Of a stretch of 64,000 nt of DNA, positions 52,228 through 63,639 are shown piece after piece. A program made the translations under genes and the position numbers. The notes under the pieces were generated by a model, which did not search any database, had not been told where the DNA came from, and was given only the letters and a program-made list of their open reading frames with translations. The stretch spans positions 16,244,001 to 16,308,000 of the forward strand of contig NW_024704751.1 in assembly GCF_018977255.1 (NCBI RefSeq), read 5' to 3'. The stretch comes from Callorhinchus milii (taxonomy: Eukaryota). Position 1 is the stretch's first letter. Every line of letters begins with the position of its first letter.

Positions 52228-52523
52228 AATAATAATAATAATAATAATAATAATCCTTGCATTTGATATAGCGCTTTTCACGTCGGGAGGACGTCCCAAA
52301 GCGCTTCACAGAACACACTGTAAAGTGAATTGACTGTATATTTGTGGGCGAACGCGGCAGCCAATGGCGCACAGCAATGTCCCACAAACAGTCTTAGATT
52401 GAAAATGACCAATTTATTATTGTTTTTGTTTTGGAGGGATTATTATTAGGCTCTGTGTGGAGTAAGGAAACTTGCCCAAGGTTTCGCCCTCTGCCTGGAA
52501 TTGAACTCGGGTCTCTCGCTTGC
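52228..52523 (-). mobile_element. Young SINE (head truncated)
   Basis: Same family as the other young copies. Confidence 0.9.
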
Positions 52524-52682
52524 ATCTTCTTGTTGTTGTTGTTCATTGTGTATGTGAGCGGCGCTGTATTAAATGAAATTGTTGTGCAATCTGGAGAATT
52601 AAGTCACCCCCCCCACTCTGAGAAACAGCCCTCCCTTCGATAACGGTGTCCATGGATCTTTTTCGAGATCCGCCAGAAACAG

Positions 52683-54000
52683 ACAGAATTTTTAATGTTT
52701 AATGTTTCACCTGAAGGATTGCACCTCTGACAATGCGGTGCTCTTCTCTTCCCCCCTCCTGTCACTGTGCTGGAATGTCGGCCTGGACAATGATCCTGAT
52801 GTGGGGCTTGAACCCACCACCACCTCATGAGTAGGAGGTGAGAGCGCGAGTGGCTGAGCCCAGGCTGACAGTGTTGTGTTTTGCAGGTTTCTGTGGCCTG
52901 TGATGGCCTCAATGCCGGGGGCTGGGGCCAGGCTGCCTGGGCTGCTCTCCCAGCCTCCACCCCCAGGGCACCCCTTGCAGCCCCTGCCCCCACCCCCACA
53001 GGGGGCCATGCGAGAGATCACCTGCGTTACGCTCTGCAATGTTGGCCAGGAGACCGTCCAGGATATTGTCTCCCGCACCATGGACGTCTTCCACATGCTT
53101 CGTGCTACTCAGGTGAGCCCCAGCCCCTTGCCGGCCCACCCCAAATGAGCCCTGCCCTCACACTGACAATTCCCTCCATTTCCCCCCTACAACACCCCCA
53201 CCTCCCCACCACACCCTTCATCTGGATGATTGGCTCTGAGCCTGTGAAGTGTGTGGGAAATAATTCTCATTAGAGAGAGCAGAAAATAACTTGTAATTAT
53301 ACGGCACCTTGTAAGTTACGTCAAAAGATCTCAAAGCATTTCATGGGTAATTGCTTCCAAGATCCAAGGGAACGAGATCTACCCACAGCTCTGGGGCTCG
53401 GGGCCATGGCGGGGCAGGGGCTGTAGTGGGGGGCTAGGGCGATGGCAGGGGAGGGGTTGCTGGAGAGGGCTGCAGTGCGGGAGGGGCTGCTGTTCCGGCT
53501 TCATCGCCTCCTGTTTCCCAGCAGCTGCCGAACGGTGTGACGCACAACCACGTGGTTTACCAGGAACGCTACAACAAGTTGCAGGAGCACCTGCGTCAGC
53601 TCACGCTCCTCTTCAAGAAACTGCGACTGCTGTACGACCGCTGCGGAGAGACATGTGCTGTCTCCGACGTGCCACCAACAGAGGTACGTATTGTACTGCT
53701 CAGTGATCTCCGGCCTCCATGTACCCTGCCCGGCCCGCCTCACCATCGGCAGTCAGGCCTTCTGCCTTTCTGGCCCCAACCTTTGGAACTCCATCCAACA
53801 TGCCTCCCTCCCTTACCTCCTACAAGGCAAGTCTCAAGAAGAACCTCTTCGACCACGCCTTCGCTCACCCCACAGAATTTTTAATGTTTAATGTTTCACC
53901 TGAAGGATTGCACCTCTGACAATGCGGTGCTCTTCTCTTCCCCCCTCCTGTCACTGTGCTGGAATGTCGGCCTGGACAATGATCCTGATGTGGGGCTTGA
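52683..54000 (+). repeat. Perfect 129-bp direct repeat (52683-52811 and 53872-54000)
   Basis: Base-by-base comparison found no mismatch. Confidence 0.93.
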
Positions 54001-55036
54001 CATCCCTCCTCATCCCAACCCTCAGTTTGAGTCCAAACCCTTGACTGTCCTGTGCCTTGGGACGTCCTCCTGATGCAAAAGATGCTTTGCTATTTTTATT
54101 TGTTTTTTGTTGTTGCATCAAACCTGTTGGGGGGTGGCGGGGAGCAGCCTATTTATCTAAATTCTCAATCTGATCCAAAATAGTTTTATTCACTGAAAAC
54201 TGGCAGTTGTCTGGTGCCAGGCTTGGTGCTAAGCTTCGAAGAACACTTCTCTCACACCCGTTTATTTCTGTGCAGTTAATCCCCTTCGTGGGAGAGGAGC
54301 CGGGGAGGCCGGAGAGGCAGAGTGCTGGTGGTTTGGGTAGTAAGGAATGCCAGGAGGTTCTGGGGGTGAGTAATAAAAATAATAATCCTTGCATTTGATA
54401 AAGCGCCTTATCACGTTTTCAAAACGTCTCAAAGTGCTTCACAGAATATATTGTAAAATTAAGTGACCGTATTTTGTCGGTGAAACGCGGCAGCCAATTG
54501 CGCACAGCAGTGTCCCACAAACAGTCATGGATTGAAGTGACCAATTTATTATTATTCATTATTATTAGCAGAGCAGAAAACGTTTCCGATCTTATTTCTA
54601 ACCAGTTAAGATTCTCCTTGTTTTGGACCCCTTCACTTAGAGGGAAGACTCCTCCACTAATCGATGTCTTTGTTGTATCAAACATCTCAATCAGATCAGA
54701 GAGTGAACGCATTCCATTCTGACAATCTATATCTGGAATTTTCATGGAATTCTCAGTTTGGTTTGGATACTTTTAAACATGGTGATGGGTTTCTGCATGT
54801 GTCAGACACCCACCCAGCTGACCCCCACCCCCCAAAAAAAAAAAATTCTCCAGCTTCGCCTCTTCGTGAGGGGCGAGGATCAGGGTGGTACCTGTACAGT
54901 GGAGCACTCACTCCCAAATCGCTATCCTCTGCTCCCCCAGAAGCTGCGTCAAAAGAACCAGGAATTGAAGCACATCACAGACCAACTGCGGAACCTGATC
55001 TGGGACATTAACTCTATGCTGGCAATGCGGAACTGA
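52903..55036 (+). CDS. Mediator subunit MED30-like protein (~184 aa, 4 coding exons)
   Basis: Exons 52903-53112 (...REITCVTLCNVGQETVQDIVSRTMDVFHMLRATQ), 53525-53683 (LPNGVTHN...; CAGCAG tandem acceptor), 54276-54365 and 54941-55036 (KLRQKNQELKHITDQLRNLIWDINSMLAMRN*). MED30 signature termini and exon layout. Confidence 0.92.
54372..54568 (-). mobile_element. SINE 3' fragment inserted directly after MED30-like coding exon 3
   Basis: Tail AATAATAATCCTTGCATTTGATA... and body on the minus strand. Confidence 0.85.
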
Positions 55037-56618
55037 GACTGCTCGCAGCCAAACACAGCCCGCGCTCACCCATCACCGCCCTGACACAGCCTGGGGACAA
55101 ACACAGGCGAGGGCTGGGTCAGGCAGGTACTTTCTCACACTCTGTATGATGGGATTTTTATATTTAGTAAAAAAAAAAGGAAAAAATTTAACAAAAACAT
55201 TTTTTTTTACCTGGGAAATTAATCTTAACATTTAAATAGTTTAATACTGTATTTGATTTATTTGTTTAGATGCCAGTTTCATTGATTAACTTACTTCTGT
55301 GTGTGTGTGTGTCTTAGTCCAGGCTTCTTGTACCAAGTCGATAGTGTATGGATTAATATTAATCCTTGTATTTGATACAGCGCCTTATCACGTTGTTGAG
55401 ATGTCTCAAAGCGTTTCACAGGATATACTGTAAAGTGGATTGATTGTGTATTTTGTGGGCGAAACAGATTCTGAGAAAAAAGCCAGATTGAGTTCAGCGT
55501 AAGGTTCTGACATTGTTTATCGGTGGTGGGGGGAAGGGGAAGGATTATTTGTCTTAATCCCAGTCAATGATTTGCTGCTGGTTTATTTCTAAAGTCACCT
55601 GTAAATGGTGTTGTTGCCAGTAACTCCGTCCCCAGGCCAGAAATTCCACCCAGTTAAGACCATTTAATATAGTGCGACATTTTAAAATTCTGCTTTGATT
55701 TGGTGCTTTTTCTGCTATTTATGCACAATTTTAATTCGCCTCCATATGGAGGGGAATAGTCAGTGTTCTGAACCCCCCCGCCCCCACCGCCCGTCCCTAG
55801 CTGACAGGGTTGCAGGTGTGAGAGTGGGCAGGGTTTGGCTGTGATGCCTCTGTGGGGAGAGGGATGTTTTTTCTAAGTCTAGAAAACCCTGACTGCGCTG
55901 CGCATTTCACATGCCCTCCCACAGGTCCCCATTCTATTCTAGGTATGTCACTGTCTGGCTGTGTTGAGAGAGAGGAACTGATGGAATGTTCTGGAACTTG
56001 TTACAGCTGTCGACTGGTTCTGAACTGTAATATTTTCTTAAAATAATAAAATAAAAATCCGAGAAGATATGTTGCGACTCAATGAGTGTGTGTGGGTCTG
56101 TCCACCTTGATGTGTTTTGCGCTGGATGGAGTGTTCATTTGGCACAATTCAAAATTCACTGGATTAAAAGTGTCATTTAATAAATCATCCTGTGCACAGC
56201 ATCCTACCTGAATGTGTATTTGAAGAAAATTCTTTTTTTTTAAACTTCAAAAACATATTGATATTGAACCAACTAGCAGCATTGACGTGTAAATCGCTCC
56301 CTCATAATGAGGACATCCCTGTTTTGTCTCAGCGAGCCGTCAGTTAACAAACACCAGGAGTGACCGACCTACACATCTGCAACACGAGAGAAGAGACTGA
56401 CGCAGTGTCTCAGGGAGTGACTCACATTCAGCACCAGTATTTGATTTTCACTGAATACGATTGGGGTTCAGATCAACCCTGACTGAATAAGTCTACAAAC
56501 GGAACAGAGGCAGTTTGGCGGTTACAGTGCGTACATATAGCGCTGGCCCATTGCGCAGAGTCTGTCTGAAGAGCTGTTTCAGTCAGTGGAGGGCAGTTGG
56601 TCGGTCAATCGCTGGGTG

Positions 56619-59600
56619 TCACGAGCGCTCAAGGTCACGGTATTTTTTTCTAAGCACAGAAACTTGATCCTTGAAGAGGACAGGGTCAAGGCGGAGCTGG
56701 GAGTGGACGAGGGGCATGTAGCCAAACCAGCTGGCAAATGTGTTAATGCAGTTCTGTCGCTGAGCAAAGTGAACTGGATCAGTCCAGCGTGTGCTCTTGG
56801 AGCCCTGGGTGAGAGAAACAGAAAGGTCAGAGTTAGGGAGCTCAAACCTGGGTCACATGGATGGAGAAAGCGGCTGCAATGCCAGGCACTGACCAACTGG
56901 GGGAGGCAGCTTAAACATGAAAATAAAATTGCATTTGTAATAATAATAATAATCCTTGCATTTGATATAGCGCTTTTCACGTCGGGAGGACGTCCCAAAG
57001 CGCTTCACAGAACACACTGTAGAGTGAATTGACTGTATATTTGTGGGCGAACGCGGCAGCCAATTGCGCACAGCAATGTCCCACAAACAGTCGTAGATTG
57101 AAAATGACCAATTTATTATTGTTTTGGTTTTGGAGGATTATTATTAGGCTCTGTGTGGAGTAAGGAAACTTGCCCAAGGTTTCGCCCTCTGCCTGGAATT
57201 GAACTCAGGTACACCATCTACAACAGCAAAACATCTCAAAATGGTCACAGAAATTGCCAACAAATGCAGTTGCAATTTCCTGCAAACAGCAATGACCTAA
57301 ATGACTGATTTATGTGTGACACACACCTGGCGCTGACTGACAGAGGCGTGAGGAGTAAGGAAACTTGCCTAAGGTTTCGCCCTGTCCAGGAATCAAACCT
57401 GGGTCATCTTGCTAGCGGAGGCAAGTGCTCTAAACAATTCGCTGCAGATAAAATACTGCAGGAACTGGAGCGACTTTGAGATGCTGCCCCCGTCACTGCG
57501 TTCAAAGGGTGCTGAAACCACACACACAGCGTCACAGACCTGGACAGCACTGCACACCTGCTGCATCAGCGGCTCCTTGTGTTGTTTCTTCTGCGTGACT
57601 TTGACTGGAGGAAGTTTGGTGACAGCGGAAACCAGGAAGTTCATCAGGATGTCCTCGCAGTTGGAGGTACTGTCCACAAGATCGAGCAGGTGTGTGGGCA
57701 GGTAGTGTGTGAAGAGGTGATGGTAATATCTGCACAGCAACACATGCAGCAATCAGAGACTCGCTGGACACCTAGAGCAGCCTTTTGGCAACCAGTTTGA
57801 CATATTTTCCCCCACAAGAGGCTCCCCGTGTCCGCAGAGGTTGGGGGTATCAGATTACCCCGTGTGTGTCACACACACACACGCGCGCAGCATTGCTCAT
57901 TACCTGTGATAAAACGCTGCCCCTGTCAGCACCATGGAAAACTCATTGGTCCACTTTGATGTGTATCCCCACAAGCGTTTGCTGCTGTCCCAGAAGTGGC
58001 TGCGTGCCGGGAAACCCACGATCCGCGTCGGAAAACTGCACCACACGATGAACGCGAAATCCACCTGCAGTGAGAAACCGCACGGCGTCAGCGGGGAATC
58101 GGCTGAGCCAGAGGCTGCCCGCAGCGAGAAACGCGCTCTGGTTCAGTGCTGTATCCCCCTACCCTCCGCCCCCTCTTCATTCCAACCCTCCTCTTTGACT
58201 TCGTCTTCGGTCATCTACCCTACCCACTCCCACCCTCTATGCCCTCCAGTCATCTTAATCCCAACCCTCAACTTGGGTGCCAACCCTTAACTGTCCAACA
58301 CCCTGGTAAATCCTTCTTCTGACGTGAAAGGCACAATATAAATGTATTTTTGTTGTGGTTGTATTGGTGTCGTTATTCCAATGGTGCTGCTTTGCGCTGT
58401 TGCTGCACACTTTCCTGACCTAAGCGACCGCTCACCTCGCTGGTGGAGAGCACGATGTCCTCGTCCAGGCTCAGCACGGCCTCGCTGCTGATGTTGTGGA
58501 ACGGGAGGAAGCGACTGCTCATGACCTGAGGAAACAGCAGGGCAGAGGTAGCCACACCCTCGCCAGCCGCATTTACACAAACAATCAGAGCTTAGTTGGG
58601 TTTAGTAGATATTTCATTGGACAAAACTTTTTTTTTTATACAGCCTCTTATCACGCCCATTGCTTCCCAGGTAAACACTTGACAGGTGCAGTGATCAGGT
58701 TTGTCACAGCTCGTTGCACTAGCAACATCCCACAGACAGCCACGAGGTGAGTGACTGATGAACTTAGGGGATACCGGGAGGGAGAAACTATCTTCTTTTC
58801 TGATAGTGTTTTGCGATCTTTACCGTTCCCCCTAGAGAGAGGCCATCCTGTTTAATGTGGGATGTGACACTGAGCCTCTTATGTAAGTGACAACTCTGAA
58901 GTGATGGCAAGCGCAGACAAACACGTCCCTTACCTTGCGATCTGCCTGTACGACTATCAGAGGCATCCTGGTGGGTGGCCATGTGCCCCTGCTGGCTAAT
59001 GGCTTGTCACAGTTCCATAGGATTATTATCTGGAGGCGGAATAATGAGCATTATATTTCAGGCACATTTAACCTTCAAGCTGAATTCTTAAGAGTCAACA
59101 GAAGTTTATAACACAGGAGGAGACCATTCAGTCTGTCATGTGCATTCTGGTGCTCGCTCCCCCACTGGAGCTCTCTACTCTAATCCCATTCCCTGCTCTC
59201 TCTCCATCGTGTCTGTACTGGTGCTCGCTCCCCCACTGGAGCTCTCTGCTTCATCTCTACCATTTCCCTCTCCTAACCTCCCCCACATTAGAAGACAAAG
59301 AAAAACTGAAGGTAAGGAGGAAGTGAAGATCACACTGTTTACCTGACCACAGTACTTGGATTTCGCCAACGCTTTGACTAACTTGATGATGGTCTGAGAC
59401 TGAGAGACCAGGGGAGAGACGGAGTGAATTAGAGCACTGAACTCTCTCGGGGGAGTTACACCTGCAAAAACAAAGGAGGCTCATTAGCCAAACCCCATGG
59501 TGAGAACAGCAGGAACGTCATGGGATTTGCAGGGGTACTATAGGATTTTCTGGGCTAGAGGGGGGGCACTTACCCTGCTCCAGGTAATAGAAGGGAAAGT

Positions 59601-60998
59601 CCGCGGTGTGAGTGGAATACTGAGGAAGCACAAACAGTCCTCCCGGCATCTGGTTCCACATGATCTTATTTCGTGACACGTGTGTAAATATCCGATCTTT
59701 AATAATCTGCAAAACACAGTGAGAGTGTGAGCCTGAATTGACATCGCCGAGATTCCTCTCTTCACTGAATGACTGACTAACAGAGAGGATCAGGCCCCTG
59801 GTTGCTTCCTCTGTTGGTCTTTTCATGATCTGTGCTGTAGAATAAAAATACACTGACAATTTAAGTGCTCCGAGACTCTACCCCGGGTATAGGGCGCTAT
59901 ATTCATGTAAGCTGTTCTTGTTGTTGTAAATGGCTTTAGCCAGTAACCAAAGTTTGTCGTTTGTTCAGAACTAAGGGCCTGTAGTTTGGGCCGAGTCGTC
60001 CCTCACCTCCAGCGTGGTCGACACAATCTTTTCTACAGAGGAAAAATAGGCATCCCATAAGAACTGAGTGTGCTGCCGGAATGCCAGAATCTTGTCATTG
60101 GGAATGGCCCGGATTGTGGACGGAATCTGTGAGGAGAAAGAGGAGAAGCTTTAGTCATACACATTATCCAGAGAGCTTCCAAACGGAAAGAAAGAACTCA
60201 CATCCTATAGCACTTAAATCACAGTGAAACAACTCGTAAAGCTTCACGGGTAGTTACTGCCAAGTGTAGTGACTGTTTATGTAGGCAAGGAATAAAGGAG
60301 GGCAGCAATGAAAGTTGAGGCTGGTTGTTGAGCAAACCCCCCCCCCACCCCCAGAGCTCGCTGGAGCACTAACCTGGAGCAGGAGCCGCTCGTCACCCAC
60401 AACCGCAGCTTTGCCCCAGTCAATGATGTCCGCGAAGGGCAGTTCCCAGCCGTTGCTGAGCAGTACAGGGATACACGCAGCCTGAGCCCAGGCCAAGAGA
60501 GCAGAATTAGCCAGGTATCAAGGGGTTAACACTGTACATCGCAAATCACCACCACCACCAGCAACAACACGTTACATTTACACAGCGCCTTTCACGTCCG
60601 GAGGATGTCCCAAGGTGCTGGACAGTCAAGGATTTTATGTTCTGGGGGTTGGAATCAGGATGGGTGAAGGGCAAGGAGGATGGGGGTAGGAGGGTGACCA
60701 AACGTCGTGTCGAAGAGACGAGTCTTGAAGGAGGCGCAAATGAGGGGGTGAGGTGAAGGGACCGTGTGACGGAGCTCCATAGGTGGGAGCAAACTTATTT
60801 TAGCGAAGTTTAACACACATCTGAGCAGGAACTCCTGACAGAAACCAGACAAGAGACCGCAGTGACCAGACAGTGTAATGACAATTTATAAACAAACGTA
60901 ATACCTGAAGAGCCTCCAGAAAGCGGAAGGAGCCCAGACGTCGCCCTCTGGGGATGAGGCAGAAGGTGGAGTTGTGCATCAATTCCTGATAATCAAAC
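56619..60998 (-). CDS. EXTL1: Exostosin glycosyltransferase, EXT1-like and syntenically EXTL1; exons 2-11 (exon 1 beyond the window)
   Basis: Exons 60998-60905, 60481-60374, 60126-60007, 59706-59574, 59461-59343, 59029-58934, 58525-58436 (LSLDED, DXD motif), 58064-57904, 57729-57558 and 56804-56619 ([24 protein letters not shown]). Sizes 94/108/120/133/119/96/90/161/172/186 follow the EXT1/EXTL1 pattern as recalled. The symbol rests on synteny with TRIM63 and the small introns; family call ~0.97, orthology less certain. Confidence 0.8.
56938..57210 (-). mobile_element. Young SINE (head truncated) in the last EXTL1 intron
   Basis: Same family as the other young copies. Confidence 0.9.
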
Positions 60999-63639
60999 CT
61001 ACAGGAGAGAAATCCATTTACTGCAGAGAGAGAGAGAAAGCAAAAAAGCAAGCAAAAAAGGAAGGAAAGGAGCCTCTTCTAAATATAAAATACACATCCC
61101 TCACAGTTAATAAAGCACTCTGGGACGATACGCAGTGTGAGTGGCGCTATATAAATGCAAGTTGTTGTTGGAATATCAAACGCAATGATTATTAATGATT
61201 ATTAATATTAGAAATACTGGGCACAAGGTAAGTGTCACTGCTGTTATCATGGTGGGGGTGGGTGGGGGGCTGTACTGTTTACACAACATACATCATTCTA
61301 GTTTCAGAGCCGGACAAACTGTACAGTGAAGCAGCTGCACTCTGCTCCTTCCTTCCATTGTCCAAATTGTTCTCTGTTGCTTCCATGTCAGGAGTTAAAC
61401 CCAATGTGAACAATATGAGAGAGCAGAGGGAGGGAGGGAATACGCCACTGGGAGTGTAGACAACAACAAAATGCATTTATACTGCGTCACTCACACTGGG
61501 TAGAACACTTTTAACACAGCGGTGAACGTTTGCAGAAAGTACTGTCTGGAAAGTAAAACCTGCCTCAGAAGCAGTTGGACTGGATTTATTAAACAGGAAT
61601 TTTTCTCAGCGGATAGGAAGTGGTACTTTCCTCCCCTTCCCATGGCCCGACCTCCTGACAATCTGAGCCTCAAGGTCATTGTCATAAAATCTCAGAACAT
61701 CGCTCAGTGTTTTGGGAAAATTCTTAAATTCAATCGGTGCCTTAACCTGACTCAGTGTCGTGAGCTGCTCTGGTGGCAGAGTTGAAGGGTCCGTGTCTGA
61801 CCCCTTGCTCAGCAGCAGCGACACAGTCCAGTCAGTGCAGAGCTTGATGCCCCTTTGATACAACAGCTCTCGGCTCCTCGGGAGCCAATAAATCTGATGG
61901 ATGATGTTAATTCTATGTGAAACACTGACACTGCACTGTGCTGTCAGCTGCTTCAGTACACTCTGAGCCAGATTCTGTGATAAACCGTCTGCCTCGCAGC
62001 CTCATGCTGTCACTGCGCAATGGCTCTCAGCCTTGTTGTCTCAGTGTGAACGTTTGGCTCAATATCTGTATACTCGGCCACCCCAGGAGGGACCTGTGGC
62101 TGAGCCCCACACACCTGAGGTCCCATCGTCCCATCAGACAGTAAACATTCGTTATGCAGTTGGTTACCCTCTTAACCCTGATCCAAAGAGGCACAAAATT
62201 TCATCCAGATTTTGCCTGTGACACTATTTTGTCTTATAATTTAAGAATGTGTAGAAACATGCAATCAGTGACACAGACACAAATCCTGTTTCCCACCTTC
62301 CCCAGTGCCACATACCAGCTCAGCGCTCACACACACTGCACCGCTCTGCCATCCCCCACTCATGGCTTTACTCCCGTTCTTTAATCACAGAGTTGCTTCA
62401 TCTCACTCCTCTGTGAACGCTCGGACAAGCACCATGATATTCACAGGAAACAAGATATTGTGTGACATTTTGCAATAAACATCTCCTCATTGTACTTCAC
62501 ACATGAGTAGGTGTCAGCTCGGCTCAGTCAGTAACGCTCTAATTCTCAGCTCTGGACCAGAAGGCGGGTCCAAAGACATCTTAACATCTGGTCTCAGTCA
62601 CCTGAGACTGAGGTCTCAGACCTTTAGTTTCCCAACAATCATCGATGACCGCCCGGGACACCCCAGCTACCAGGCTGTACCCCCACCTCAGTGCTGATGA
62701 GTCAAATAAACATAGCCCTGGATGCGCTGCGGTAAGCATCTAATCAGAACCAGAGGGTACACGCTGCTCACCCATTGCGTCTTTCAATTTGTTATATTTG
62801 TGGATGTAACAGGTTGAATTGAACATTTTCCCCAAAGATTACACTGACCTTATTTTATTTATAGTGTGCACTGATTGTCTGGATTAATGAGTTTTGAAAT
62901 GCATTGCAGATTGTGCCATTTCCAGGTACCTACTAAAGTCGCTCATTAACTGTAAGGTAGGCTGCTGCCTCTGAGATTTGACTGTGACTGGAAAGAAAGA
63001 TCAGGAAAGACAGGCTGCTGGATGCTGTGTTAATGTTCAGTGGATGGTCCCGTTGGCTAGTGCTGGAGCTGGGATAGGGTGAGAGGCCAATGCTCTCCAT
63101 CCAAGGACCAATTTCCCTAATTAGAATACTGAGGCCCGAAATTCTTTGCCTCAAAACCATGGTCTTAGAGGTTAAATTGTACAGAATTCTGGAAAATTCT
63201 TACATTCAGCCTTAATTCTGTGTTTTTAAATTGACCTTATATTTTGTTTGACCCACAAAATATGGTGTCAATTCACGTCACAGTATATTCTCAGCGCTTT
63301 GGGACGTCCTCTCAACATGAAAGGCGCTCTATACATGTAATTTTGTTGTTGTTGTTCTCAGAAGCACTTTGAGAAATCTTGAAGACGTGATAAGGTGCTA
63401 TATCAAATGCAAGGATTATTAGTAGTAGTAAATTGAAGCTTGCTCCTCCATGACATCGAATAAAAAAAAATCAATTCTTTATTTGTCTCAACTTTTTCTC
63501 ATCTGTTTTGTGATGTTTTCTCCTGACGTTTGGAGAGGGGTTTCTGTCCGAGAGGAGGAGAGGGAGTTAAACTGGAAATACCTTCATTCTGTGTGTATAG
63601 GCACGTATGGCTTCATTTTTGAGAATTTCAAGTCCTGAC

